DNA from: Intoshia linei
Taxonomy: Eukaryota; Animalia; Orthonectida
DNA length: 64,000 nucleotides
Direction of reading: 5' to 3'
NCBI GenBank assembly: GCA_001642005.1
Contig: LWCA01000007.1
Location: 41,675-105,674, forward strand
A program made the position numbers and the translations under genes. Below, in pieces: positions 27,201 to 42,200 of this stretch. Numbering within the stretch: the stretch's first letter is position 1; every line of letters begins with the position of its first letter. The notes under the pieces are model-generated. The model saw only the letters and a program-made list of their open reading frames with translations. It searched no databases and was not told the DNA's origin.

Positions 27201-30200
27201 CAAGGTTTGTAATGGTGAACATTAGTTATATAAAAATATGTATATACATTGTACACGTATTTCAGATTTCTTGTCCGTTTGCAACCATTTATTTAAGAAA
27301 AGAGTCCAATAATTTTAAAAAACACCATTTCTAAGACATTTTTTTCAGAATATTTTATTACCCCTTTCAATCAGAGCAATTTACATTGTCATATTCAAAA
27401 CGCATTATTTTAATAAATTATTTCAGCAAAAATAAAAAATATTCAATAATGATAATTGATAGCCCTAAAATTAAATAAAAGGTTAATTGTAACCCATATC
27501 AGATTTTCTGCTGTTAAAACCTTGTGACAGTTAAATATTTTTACACCTGTAATTTAGTTAATATTAATTTCTTGTTAATTAAAATATGATCACGTAATTC
27601 TCCGCTAAAAATTGCATACACATTGAAAAAAAATTGAAATAGTAAATTAAAAATTAATCAACTAAAATTAATTGAAATAACTTAGTTGTTATGATGTTGT
27701 TAATTAATATCTTTTAATTTAATAATGATAGCGAACTGTAAAATTAAAAAGAGAAATATTATGTTGATCACGAAAATTTTAGCTTTTCAATCGTACAAGT
27801 TGGTATAAGTCGCATTGAGGTTTTCGGAAATTTTTTTTCATTTTATTGTGCAGTGTTACAATAAAACTGTTTTCCGTTTAAAATATATTCAAACAAACCT
27901 ATGACATTATCCGTTGGCGCCTTAATATACGAACCGGTCAAGCAGATGTAGCCAGCTGCACATTTCCTCAAATTTACTAAAAAATTAAAATTAGAAGAAA
28001 TTTGAAAATCACCATTAAATATGCATGCAAATAAAAATGTTGATATAATAAATAAAATACATATTGAGTCTGTTCCAATTTCACAATATCGACCAGCTAT
28101 ACACTTTGTACATTCTGAAGATTTAGTGAGTCCTTTGGTAATTGAATAAGTTCCCTTTGGACAAGGTGCAGGATATAAAGTTCCTTCTAAACAAAAATAT
28201 CCCAATTTACAGATATTGGAAGCTAATTTTGGATTTGATTGACCTCCACTACAATAATATCTAAAATTGACATTTAATAATCCATTAAAAAATATCAATA
28301 ATTTATACATAAAATTGTATTTGCTCTTACATACACGACCGCAAAGAGGGACTACGGGAGCATGCGACGGACCTATGTTTGTAAATTAAGAGGTGATATT
28401 AGAAAAAAGTTTAAAACCGTTGAATTAAACAATGAATGGAGGAACGAAATAATGTTTTTTGTAAAATAAAATAATGGTTGCATTTAAGTAAACACCCATT
28501 AAAAATTAGGTAAAAATCCACATTTACAAACCCTAAGGAAAAATCCCAATTTTACCAACCTTTATGGGAAAACTCACTTTTACCAACCTTTAATGGAAAA
28601 TTCCAGTTTTACCAACCTTTAAGGGAAAATCCAATTTTACAGAATTGCGAAGTATCCCATAAAAACCGGAGTATCAGCCATAAGGGTTGATAAAATTGGG
28701 ATTTTTCCTTAAGGTTTGTAAAAGTGAATTTTTCCCTTAAAGGTTTGTAAAACTGGAATTTTCCCTAAATGGTTTTTAAAACCGAATTTTTCCTTTTAGG
28801 GTTGGTAAAAGTGGGTTTTTCCCTAAGGGTTGGTAAAATTGGGATTTTTCCTTATGTGTTTGTAAAAGTGGATTTTTCCCTTAAAGGTCCGTAAATTTTG
28901 ATTTTTAGTACTAATGGTTGGATTTAAGTAAAAATGGTTGAATTTTAGTAAAAATTGGTTGGAAATAAGTAAGATAGATAAATAGATAAGTAAAGTAAGA
29001 ATATTCTCTATTTTAATTTATAAATAGAGGGACCTACAAATGTCATCACATTCGGATCCATTGTTGACTGTCTACGGGCCTCTTCCTTATATAAAGTAAA
29101 AATTGCTAAAAATGAGTCTGCGTGTGTATAACAATTTATTTAAAAAATTGACAGTTGCAAAAATTTAACAACAAAAATTTGAAAATTTTAAATTTACAAA
29201 TTTAATTTTTCATAAATATACTATTAACTAAAATAATAATAATACTCATTAACTGAAATACAAATTGATTATCATTTTTAAATTGATTTGAATTTGGAAT
29301 TATAAAAATTTCAGTTAATTTAATTATTAATTAATTGCCAATAATTATGTATAGACGAAATACGTGTATCTAACATAATAAATGAAATAATTTAATCATA
29401 CCCTGCTGTACACTTTGCAGAATAAGCTGACATTCCAATAGAGGGGCAATAATATCCTAAAATTTGTAAATTATTATTTTAAGAATCCAATACCGATAGG
29501 ACATTGTTTGCATTGATTCACAGATGCTGCAATTTCGTTATCATTATATGTACCTAAATAAGTTACATTTAGAATATACTGTTATCTCATCTAAATTCGG
29601 CAATATTGGCACCGTAAATAATGTTCACATGGAAGAGAATTTATAAAAATAAAGAAAAGACTACTACCGAAACCACATAAAACTGTTAATTTTTTCATAC
29701 ATTGGTCTATGTTATCTACATCTGTTACATATGTTTAAATAAACTTTTCTGAACATGTTATAGAGCTGTGGAAAATTGGAAAACTACGGAACTGGCTAAA
29801 AATTTTCAAGACATTTTCAGAGTCTCTGATTTACCGTTTGAAATAATAATCAAAATCGTTTGATTGTATAGGCATACCGCCGTTTATGACAGGGATGGCC
29901 AATAAGGCCAGTAGGATAGAATCATTATTATTATTTGTGTTTATAATTTAAATTGTAAATTATACCAATAAGACATGGATATTTTTTGTTGCTTGTAGTT
30001 TTCAATGGACAATAATACCCTTTTGGACATTTTGATAAATACGGATCGATGACAGGGTTCAAAGTAGCATCACAAAAGTAACCAGGTGGACAATCTTCAC
30101 ATTTACTACTCCCTAGTTTATTTTGATATGTTCCTGACTCACATGGCACTGGAGCAGCAGACCCTGTGTAAATAATAAATTAAATTTTAATTGTTGTTTT

Positions 30201-33200
30201 CAATTAATATATAGTACTTTCTGTAATTGTAATTTTCCGAAAAGTTAAAAACGGCTATACATTGTTTAATTGTATTTTGTAAATTTTATTGTTTTGGAAG
30301 ATATTAATTTTTCGGAAAATCGTCGTTGTGTATGATGGTTTTCACCAGTAATGACTCATCACCCTTACTGACAGATGGCCACATTTATAATATTTTTTTA
30401 TGGTACAATTTGTAGTAATTTTATTATTAGAGTCCTAGAATTTAAATAAACCTAAATTTGGTGTCTGAGTTTTTAAATAATTTTTAATCTATAAATTAAA
30501 TGTAATTTTATAGTTGACAATAAAATAAATTTGATAAAAACACGGGAATTTTTTTTTATATAAACTTAAATATTATTAGTTACGAGAATGAAGACTGTTA
30601 TAAATAATAATAAAATTGAATAGCAAATAAACATTTACATTTTAAAATTAAATTTAATTATTTTCAACTACCTTAAATTAATAATTTTTGTAATTAAAAT
30701 TACCTTCAACACATTTATGACCTTTTGTACATTTCAATGTAAACGTAATAGTTTTTGTAGGACAATAGTAACCTGTAATTTGAAGTTATAAATAATATTA
30801 TTTAAAAATTACAAAAATGTAAATATAAAAATACCTGACGGGCACAGACCAATTGGTTTGTCAATTCCAGGCATACTACAATAATATCCAGCTATACACG
30901 ACAAACAATCGCTCAACTTTACTAACCTAAGCATATTAGAGTAGGTTCCTGCAGGACACCGTGTTGGATAATCACTTCCTGCTGTACAGTAGTGTGCTAA
31001 AAAAGGCAATACGAGTGTATAATCCATAGTTTGTATAGAGAGTAATTCAAATAAAATTTGAAATGATGTAATTTCAAACAATCAATCTAATGGGCAGTAA
31101 TACGTTTAGGGTTTTCAAATATAAAATTCATTATTTATTAGTAATATATATAACTCTCCCACCGGTCACGCAATGGGTCGTTGGCTTATTTAAATTAAAA
31201 ATACCTATTGGGCACGGCTTTTCAAATCTTTAAATAAAAATTAAAAATATATGCTTAAGAATTACCTCGATTTAGAACCAATGGGACAATAATATCCTTC
31301 ATTACAATCACCAGAAACTTTGGATAAAACGGATCTATCGCAGTATTTACCAGCAGTACACTTAAAAGCAAAAGAAGATCCAAGCGGGCAATAAAACCCG
31401 ACTTTACAAAATCCTCCATTGATGTATGGCTAAATTGTTATATACAGCTTTTAAATTAACACATAAAAGCATGGATTTGATATAAAAATACAGATGGGCC
31501 TGCTCAACCAAAAATTATATACTCGAGCCTTCCCGTCTGCCCGAAAATCAAAAATAAACATCTAACACGATGTGTAGTGTCATATAACCTTATCCACCCA
31601 ATAATCATGCGAGACATCAATTAAATCACAAACATCAAACATGTCATCAATTTTTACAAAATTGGCACATTATCACACTTGGTGACACGAGTTGATAATT
31701 TGAGAAAAATTTTTATAAATGTAATAAAAAATTTTGATCCTTCGTTAAAATTCTAGTTGAAAACCATTAGTTTAGGATAACACAGTTTAATTTTCATATC
31801 GATAAATAAACGATTAAAAGAAATACCAACAAATACCTTTTTTGAAAAAACTCCAGATTCACAGAAATATCCTTCAGCACAATCTCCAGTTGGACCAACA
31901 TTTCCGACACCTTCACAATATTTACCGACTGTGCACAGTTTACATTCAGTTGATATTTTTAATCCTGTGACATCGGAATATTTACCAGCTTCGCATGGAT
32001 TTGTATTTTTGTCAAAACTACGTTTTGGACAGAAATGCCCCTTTGGACATATTATTGGGTTGACAGTACCCAAAACACAATAATATCTAAATATTAATTG
32101 TATTATAATGTAGGTAATTGTAATGTATTACTTAGAGTAAGTAAAACTTTAATTCATAGAAAAATCCTAAATAAAATCCTTTTTACAACTTTTTATACAA
32201 ATTGATTATAATGACTTTTTAGTATAACAAAATAAAAAGTAAAAAATCTCAAAATTTCCAATTTTTAATAATTTCAAGATAAAAAAAAAGTTAAAAAGCT
32301 CAAAATTGGCCAAATGTTTTTAATTTTCAGTTCTCCGTATAAATACTAGAATAAATACTTTGCAGGACATTCTTGACATTCAAATTGTCCCAACAAATCA
32401 GTATAGTAGCTTTCCGCGCATTTTATAGGAACACTGGCAGCTAAAAATAAATATTATCGCCTTTATATGTATTTTTATAACATATTCGAAAAGGAAACAC
32501 AAAATTTCTGAGGGACCCTTTCAAAACTTTGATCAACTTAAACACCACACCTCATGGTGTCTTATCTTTGATTAATTAATCTAAGGAAGTGAATCAACAT
32601 TTCTGAATCTGACTACTGTTAATAATGTTATTAATAATAAAGATTTAAAATAGTCATAAATTAAAAATATAAAAATAAAGAAAATATAATCAAACCCAAT
32701 AAACAATAATGCCCTTTTGGACACTGTCCAGCGTCTTCAGTTGACGAAACTAGTGTACAAGAATTTACAGCAGTTATTATTGGTGTTTCGGAAAAAGAAC
32801 CTATTTAAAATGAGTATATTTTAATTAATTAATTTATAATTATATAGTATCAAAAGTATTATCAAATAATTAAAAAAGATTACCTATTTTACAATAAAAA
32901 CCTTTTTTACACGGACCCTTGACGCTTAATAATCCAAAACCTAAAAAAAATATTAATTTTTTATTATAATATACAATTTAAATAATTAATATCAAATTAT
33001 TTTACAATTACCGTCACAATAAAATCCTGCTTTACAGGGAATGCAATCACTAGCCTTTGTGTTTCCATTATCACTTGAATAAGATCCAGGGTAACATTTT
33101 AAGCTATAGTACCCTGTACCAGCCAAGCAATAGTAACCTTTTTCACAACTTATTTTAACTGATGATAAACTGTTCAAAATTATGGTTTTTGTCAGACAAT

Positions 33201-36200
33201 AACTACCTATTAAATTTCAAATAAATTATTCAAAATATGAAAATTATAATAAATAAAAGTAAATATTATTGTAAGAGTACTATTTAAAATACAATGGTCG
33301 GGGTCGTTGAGAGGGATAGGGCCATACGACGAGTGTACTATTCTAAATTAATCGCTGATTTTAGAAAATATTTTCGTATGGTGACTCGCATTTTTTTACT
33401 CTGCAGAGTAACACTGAAAAAAAGTTTTGGAACTGCTGGATTAAATAAAGGATAGACGAACGAAACCAGTTTTGGATATATGGATTAACAATTTTCATCA
33501 GACTAAGGCTCAGTGTCGGCTGTCCATGGTCCTTAAAAATTTTCTGAAATTTTTGAAATAACTTGTGACCCTTTAAAAATATCAATTACATGCAATGATC
33601 ACGGAACCAAGTTTGAGAATGGAAACATGACTATCCAGAGTTATCACTCATATAAAGGGTTCCTGACTCTCAGTTGAGATTATATTAGTTGAAAATAACG
33701 ACATCATTATACGACTAATTGTTTTCATTTTACACTGTAAAGTTTACAGTTTAATATATATCATCTTGATAAAATGTAATTACCAGCTGGACATTCTAAA
33801 CATTTATCGGAATTGGCTATAGATGTAAATGTTCCATCTTGACATTTAATAGGTTCCGCAGATTGTAAAGGACAATACTGGCCAATAACACAATCAATCT
33901 CTTTATCTGTTTTAGAACCAATCGGGCAGTAATATCCTAAAACATTTTCAGAATTTAATTACATTTAGATTACCTGCTGAACATTTTCCTGTTGGAGCAG
34001 TTAGTGCCTCCGTTTGACAATAAAATGAACTTGTACACAACAAGCATTCACTTTTTGACTTTATCATTACAATATTGGAAAATGTTCCGATAGCGCACTT
34101 AGTTTCTATTGACGTGCCGGATGCACAATATTTCCCAGATGCGCATTGCTGAGCTGTAGCGATGCTAGAGCCTTCTGGGCAGTAATACCCTGAAGGACAT
34201 TTCAATGTTGAATCAGTCATGGCTAAAGAATTAAGTAAAATTTGAATACTATACCATATAAAATGGTTCAACATTTTATAAACAAAACAATATATACCGA
34301 TTGTAGGGCAGTAATTTCCAACAATACACTTCTTACATTCAACAACTGCCTTTAAACCACGGTTTCTTGAGTAAGTACCAATAGGACAAGGTATGGGAAC
34401 AGCAGTTTCTAAATTTATTAAATTATATCACATGTAAATTAAAAATTTTCATATAACATACATATTAGGGATGTGCAGTTTTGGAATTTTTTTAGAAAAT
34501 ACAAAAGTACATTCACGTACGATAAAGAGAAGATTCAATACTACACAATCTGAAAAAAATAATTCAAAAATGATTAAAAAAATCCTCGGAGCAAAGCACT
34601 TCAAAATTTAAATAATTAGTAGTAGTGTAGTATAGTAGGGTACTTTTGATATTAAAATTTTCGCACACACCTAATACATCATACATATACATCAATGGGT
34701 CGAAACTTTAGACTATAAATCTGGGTGATATCACCTATATAGTTTGATTTGAGTATTTAAGGTAGAATTCGGCAACCTCCCTCGAAATCTAACTCACATC
34801 TTACGGGTCAAAAAGCCCAATTGTCCTTTTTTTTGAAAATCAAACGAGTTCGAGAATTTAAAAAAATATATACTTTGATACGGATTTTAAAATGATAAAT
34901 ATTATCATAAATTTAAATTTAAAAAAAATATGATATGACTGTTCCACCTAAAACAAGTTTCGGAACCACTCCTTGAAAGGTTTGATAATAATGAATAATA
35001 GGATTTTTAATTTAGATTATCAATGTGAATTTATTTTTTGGTAGAATAAACATGTGCCATCGTTAATGTTGTTTGTACGTAGTACATAAAAGTCAACCTA
35101 GTTATATACACATATATTATTATATATATATATATATAAAAATACCTATTGGACAGTAATAGCCAGCTGGACAAATGCTTGCTAAGGCTACATTAAATAT
35201 ACATGTAGTAAAATATATCATATAATTTACCCAAATTTGGTGTTAATGTATTAGCACCGTATTTGCAATAGTAAGTAGCAGGACATTTAACAGTTGGTGT
35301 ATGTGTCGTGACTTGATCGCATACTAAACCACTTGGACAGTTTTTGCAATAATCCTTGGATATAGCATCTTTAAATTTTTAAATAAAGATAATTTATAAT
35401 TATATAATTACTGAGTTTATCATTATACGTTCCACTAGAACAGGAAACGGCTTGTTGGGATTTATCAGTGCAGTATTTTCCTGAATTTTAAAATATGTAG
35501 ATGTGTTATATTATATACTATGTAGTTTTGCAACACGATTAAAACGTTAATTTTAAAATTTTTGAAAACAATCAGAGTTTTCACCAATTACCAATAACAA
35601 TTAATAATAATTAAAAAATACAATATAAATTATCATGGAGAATATCGAAAATTTTTTCATAGACATTTATACCTGCCTAATACAATTATTTTAAAATTTT
35701 TAGAATAATCTATCATGTCGAATAGAAGCTATAGTCATGTAAAGTAGCCAATTTCTGGTTAAATTTGAACCATAGATTAATATATTTCCAACACAAATTA
35801 TATTTATGCAACCATAATATGTATGTATAAAATTATTTCAAAAGAACTTTGTAATTAATTATGCAGGTATTTTGTAATTTTTAATTAATCAATTAAAATG
35901 ATTAATCAAATTGTATACATATTTACACATACATCGTCAGCACCATTCGATACGATCGTGCTGCATAAATCTTTTTATTAATTAATAAATAATACAAATA
36001 TTAACCTTTATCGCAATTTAATATTCCAGTTGGATTAGTTAATGTATTAATACTGCCATTGCAGTAATATCCAGCGAAACAGTTTTTACATGTAGAAGAC
36101 CCATCTTCATCCTATTTAAAATTTTGTATTAAAAATGTTAATTTTATAAAACATAATATTACAATAAACTTAATAATATAGTGTAATTATTATTAATTAT

Positions 36201-39200
36201 GTATCTTCATGTAAATATTAATTACCTGATATTTACGACTCTCACAAGGTCGAGGTGAACTGCTAGATTCGGTACAGTAATGTCCAATTGTGCATGGAGT
36301 TTGTTGTGAAAGTGAGGCACCCGTAGGGCAGAAATATCCAGCTTGACACTAAATTATCAATTTTATAATATAAATGTGAATATAAATATATAATTAATAA
36401 TTTATAAGAATAGCTTACATTTCCAGTAGGAGTTGTCAAAAATTCAGAAGAACAATATTTTCCTAGATTATAATAATCACCGTTAAAGAAATTAATTAAA
36501 AAAATTATTCATAATTTAATTTATTTATAAATGAATGCACCTGATTTGCAAAATATACAATTTGTACTGACAGTTTGACCTTTTGAAGATAAGTATGTAC
36601 CAACCGCACAAGGCAATCCATATTTTGATCCTTTTTTTAAAATGTATAACAGTTGTTTTTAAACTTAAATCTCCACGATTCTTATTCCCCTATTCCCCTA
36701 GAGACCTAAAACTAAGACCCTTAAACAATTCATAAATCACTTAATGTACTAAATATTTGATAATAGCAATATTATTTTGATAATATTATAATTTTGTAAT
36801 TTTTGAATGTGAAAGTGAAAAAGATTTTTGAATTCTCGGTAAAAAAGTTTACCATGGATCAGATACAAACTACGATGCTCAATTTCCACCAAAAAAGATA
36901 CCTAATCATTACTTGCAAATGATGGATAATGCCATACAATCCCAAACCACCTTTCAAGCAGAGCCGTTTTAAAGCATGGGCAATATAGGCTGTAGCCCAA
37001 GGCCCCAAATTAATAAAAGTACTTTACATTTATATCTTAAGAATCAGTTTATAAGTTTTGAAGTTTATTGAAGTTTGAACTTTTTCTAAACTAAAAATAA
37101 TTAAGAATGAACTTCGATATTTCTTAGCTCAACCTCGTTTGAATGTGCTCTTCTTAATGTCAATTGAGAATATCAGTTTTGATAATATGATATTTGATTT
37201 CTCTCAGAAAATAGTGAGAAAACTACATTTGTGAAGAATTGTCAAGAATTTTTTGTGACTGCATGGTGCATATTTTCAAATGAAAAAGTAAACTTTGTTT
37301 ATTAATTAATGTAAGTAGGTTTTTGTAAAAGAAGTAAAAGTTACTAGAAACCCACATAATATCTTTTAATGCCTTTATTAATACTCAATGAAATAAAACT
37401 CTAAGTCTCCAACCAACAGTATGCCCTGTCTTCTAAACAGGGGACCTAATTTTTTTTATCGCTTTGCTCGAAATTTTAAAGGGCCCCGAAGTGGCTTAAG
37501 ACGACTCTGCTTTCAAAGAGTCTCGACGTAAAATTTAAATTTTACACACAAAATAGTTATGATGGTTAAAAAGGTATTTTTTAAGGTTTTCATTTGGAAA
37601 AATAAGACCTTATTTTCCAAACATTTTAGTCTAGGTCCAGAAAAAAGGGTTACGGTAAAGTAGATTTGGCTCTCCTATCGATATTTATGATTTTTATTTT
37701 TTTGTTTCAATTTAATTTAACATTTTGTAGATAAAAAATTTTTTGTCGATAACATGTTTGTGAAATGTTTTTGACTGATAAGGGGTAAGTTTCTGTGGTT
37801 CAAATTTTTTTTTGGTTTTAGGTTCAAAAATCTAGGTTTCAAATTGAAATTACATGTTAAAAATTAATCTCTTACTTTTTACCATTATCCAAGTATTACT
37901 CCAATAAATGTAATAGCCAATTTTAAAAATTTTTAAGGGGACCGTTAACAATTTTTAATGAAATAGGAGATTCGTGGAGTTTTGATTTTAAGAAACATTA
38001 ATATATAATATACATATGTATTATTATTCAGACAATAATGACTTATTTTATTACTATCATATATTTAATGATTAATAATAATTAATATTTAATAATATAA
38101 ACCAGATTATAAAAATATTTATATTACAAGAAATGCTTGTTAAGCATATAACGTACCGATTGGACAGTAATACCCTTCAAGGCATATATTTCCAGTTACA
38201 CCATCCATTGGCGTACTTATTTTAGTTCCAATTGTACAGTAATGACCTTAATTGTGGATAGTAATATTAGGAAAAAAGTATCCAACCTTTCTGACAATCA
38301 GCTGTCGGTAAAAGTAAACCAACCGAATCACAGTATTTCCCAGGTGGGCAGATTATTGGAACTGCAGAACCTTCAGGACAATAATAACCTATGAAATAGT
38401 AACAATTTAGTATTAAAATCAAAAATTAAAATATATACAGCTATAGTACAGCTTTAGTGTACTTATAAATCAATAAATTACCAATTGGACAGATATCTCC
38501 GATATTTTCCAATTTCGGATCTTTCGTGGTTGCACTTTTCATACAGTAATAACCGCCAGAACTAAATAATAATCAAGTTTGTAATTATATTGATATTACC
38601 ATTTTTTTATGGGTAAAACCAACGCTTCGACATCACAGTAATATCCAGGTAAACATGATAAACAATCGGTCAAGATTTTTCGATTTTTAAGTCTATTAAA
38701 CGTTCCTACCGGACATTTCAGTTCAGTTGCTGTTTTGGTTCCCTACAAATATTATATATCACCTCTAAAATACACTATCATTGACAATAAACCACCCATA
38801 TTTCAATAAAGAGAACTGGAACGTATTATTTATAATAAATAAAAACAGAGTACATTTCCGTATGATATAATTATATTTAATTCACAATGTGCCTTGCACA
38901 TTGTGCACCATGTTAATTTACCTCTGGACAATAATGACCTTGAGGGCAATCATTCCCAATAAAGGTTGAAATAGCAGCACCACAAAAATATCCTAATAAA
39001 TTATAATAAATAAATTCGAAAATGTATTAAAAAACCTGCAGGACATTTTTTACAACTAGACGATCCTTCTTCATCCTGGTAAAATCCGGCTAAGCATGGA
39101 ATGGGTTGATCTTTACCGGTACAATAATTTTTTGTTGGACATATAGCACCTAATCAAATAGATTTAGTACACAAGTATGTTATTTGAAATCCTAATATAA

Positions 39201-42200
39201 CAATGCAATATCAACACATACCAATACTAGTCAGAGTACACACATTTGGAGAAGAAATAGAAGAACTAGTAACGCAATAACTACCAGCTTTACATGATCC
39301 AGTGGGTTTATACAAGTGTAGATTGTCACAATATTCTCCAATTTTACATTTTGTACATTGGGAAACCTGGCGAATTATAAATTATACAATTAATATTTAC
39401 TAGAGTAAGTTTAGAAGTGGTTGAGAAAGTGGAAATTGGACAGGGTTTCCAGTTTAATGCTGTACCCGCTTCACAATAATATCCTATCAAAAGCCGATTA
39501 AAAATGTAAAAAATTTAAATGTAATCTAATTTACCTATAGGACAATCATATCTTAGATGTTTGATAATTGGTTCCGTTTTATAGTCATGAGTTAAACAAT
39601 AGTATCTAATTTTTAATTAAAAGTTCAAATTTAAAGATTGTATATTATCATTTACCCAGCATCACAAATTTTACAAGCAGATTGAGCTTTAATGTCAGTA
39701 TAATAACCTGATTTACAACTAAATTTATAAGGATAGTTATTTCTAGAGTAATGGAATAAATTTGAATATAATACCTCATTGGCTGAATTAAACCGGTCGT
39801 TGGACACTGGTAACCAATTGGACATTCATTTGTACTGTAATCAATGGTTCCTAAAATTTAGTGCATTCACTATACAGTACTAGTATACTAACTATATTTA
39901 ATATTGACAATAGCCAATGGTATATTAAAAATTAATATTTTTGATTTTTTAAACCCTGATGAAGTGAACTGGAGTAAGATTCCTTCGATACATCATAATG
40001 TAAAATTTAAATGTTAAAGTCAACGCGTCAATATAAATTTTTGCAAAAAAAATTTATATAACTCAATGTTATACCTTCAGGACAGAAATATTTGGCTGGG
40101 CATTTGGCTTTTGGTGCAGCCAAGCCAGCAACATCACAATAATAACCAATGGTGCATATTTTGCATTGATTCACATTTGATAGTCCAACCAAATCAGACC
40201 AATATCCGGCAGGGCAATCTAAAATTACATATATTAAAAATTACATAAATAAAATGTACTTTGAGGAGAAGTCGAACTTGCAGGACAAAAGGTACCTAAA
40301 TTATAAATTATCGTTGGACAAATAAATATTAGATAATTATAATTATGTATTTTGTACCTGCAGGTGCACACACTTTATTATTCTCTATTTTTGATCCTGA
40401 TTCACAATAATAACCGGCTAAGCAATTTCCAGATTCGATAGTTGCGCCAAGCTTATCGCAGTATTTTCCTAAGATAATTAATAAAAATATATAAATGTAT
40501 TCATAATGTCATAGTTAGCGTGAGCCAGCAGTTTATCATGTGGATCGGTAAAGGTAGGTGTTTTGAGGAGCCGATGAAAGTTTTGTAATGCAATAAATTA
40601 TGAACTTATATCGAAATTATCTCGAAAATGTTTCACTTGCAATTATAATATATCATAAACAGCTCAAAATATTTTATATATCAGACGTCTCAATCAGCGA
40701 CTTTCAAATGCCGGTCCATGAAATAATTTTACCGGTCCATGGAAAATGTTTTTGAAAATTGAAATACAATTACAATTTGAAATATTATAATGTACAATAG
40801 TTTTATAATATTTTTTTAAATTTTTCCTAATACTTTCCTTTTAGTTGTTCGTGAGAATTTCATAGTAAATTATTGGTATGTGCTGAAAAAATTGTGGAAA
40901 CCTCTGATCAAATCATGTGTAAATGATAAATTTTAAACACCTTGCGTCGATGAACCTATGTGGTGAAGGTGCTCCGTAAAATTTTTAAGGATTATTTTTG
41001 ACACCAGCTCAGTCACATTTATCATGTATCATATTAATGAAAATAAAAATTTACCTGCGGTACAATCAGTACATTGAGATAATAGTGATAAACCAATAGC
41101 TGCTGAAAAGGTTCCAACAGGACAAGGTATCGGCTATAAATTCATAATTATTATATGATTAAGTATGCAATTGTAATATTAATGATACAGAATATATTCA
41201 ATATATAGTATATACCTCATAACTACCCAATGGACAATATGAACCTAAAATATGTATTAACTAAAATAAAAAACACTAATCAGGAAGTAAAATTTATTTA
41301 AATTATGTGATCAGTTTTGGCAAACAATACTAAATAAATACCGGCAGTACAGCTTAAAGGATTTTCTCCAAATCGACAATACGAACCAGCAGGACACTTT
41401 TTTGTAGGTATCACCAATCCTAGACTGTCGCAAACATAACCATCTACAAATATAAATTTGAAAGTATATACTATTAATATGTGCATTATGATGTCAACAT
41501 TTTATACTTTTTAACTATTTTATTAAAACCAAAAATTTGAAATATCACAATAATTAATGGTCCTAAAATTTAAAAAAAATATATTATTCTTATACAGCTT
41601 ATTCGCTTTGATATATACCTCATTTGAACCTCATAAATCTACACTTTCTCAGTCAACACCAACTTTTAATATACTATCAGCCAATATTTTTCAAATTTTA
41701 ATAAATTCAAATTAAAATTAAAAATTAAAATGTAAATATTCATCCTACAATTTTATAACATAACAAAACAGTAGTACCTAACAAACTAGCTAATTATAAA
41801 AAAAAGCAATCCGATTATTTTTTATTTTTATTAGAATTTAATATACCTTTACATTTTTTGCAACCAACCGATGATTTTGCCATAATTGCATCATTATATT
41901 TTCCTAATTTAAATGTTAATAATGTAAATAAAGCATTGATATTTAAACATAATTTAACAAATAAAAAATTATTCGTATAAACTTCACTGGAGAAAAAAAT
42001 TACCTAATGGACAAGGACTTTGATTGGATGTTTTGGTTCCCATTAAACAGAAATAGCCTAACATAAATGAAATTAAATTACGCTATGATAATAGTAAATT
42101 ACATTAGTTTAAAAGTAATTATAATAATAATTTAATGATGTAACGTAATGTAATATAGTGGCATAATTTAAATACCCTTTGGACACGGAGATGTGGATAT

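Noticed and set aside
28512-28887. Repeat array as a CRISPR array
   Set aside because: Units are directly tandem with no unique spacers, the arms are inverted, the context is a eukaryotic intron and no cas genes are present.
35120-35138. (TA)n and (ATT)n microsatellites here and near 9700, 43150 and 44675
   Set aside because: Short and expected at this base composition.
40695-40906. Possible hAT MITE (CAGCGACTTTCA...GGAAACCTCTG)
   Set aside because: TIR and TSD matches are too poor to set boundaries. Probably an old relic.
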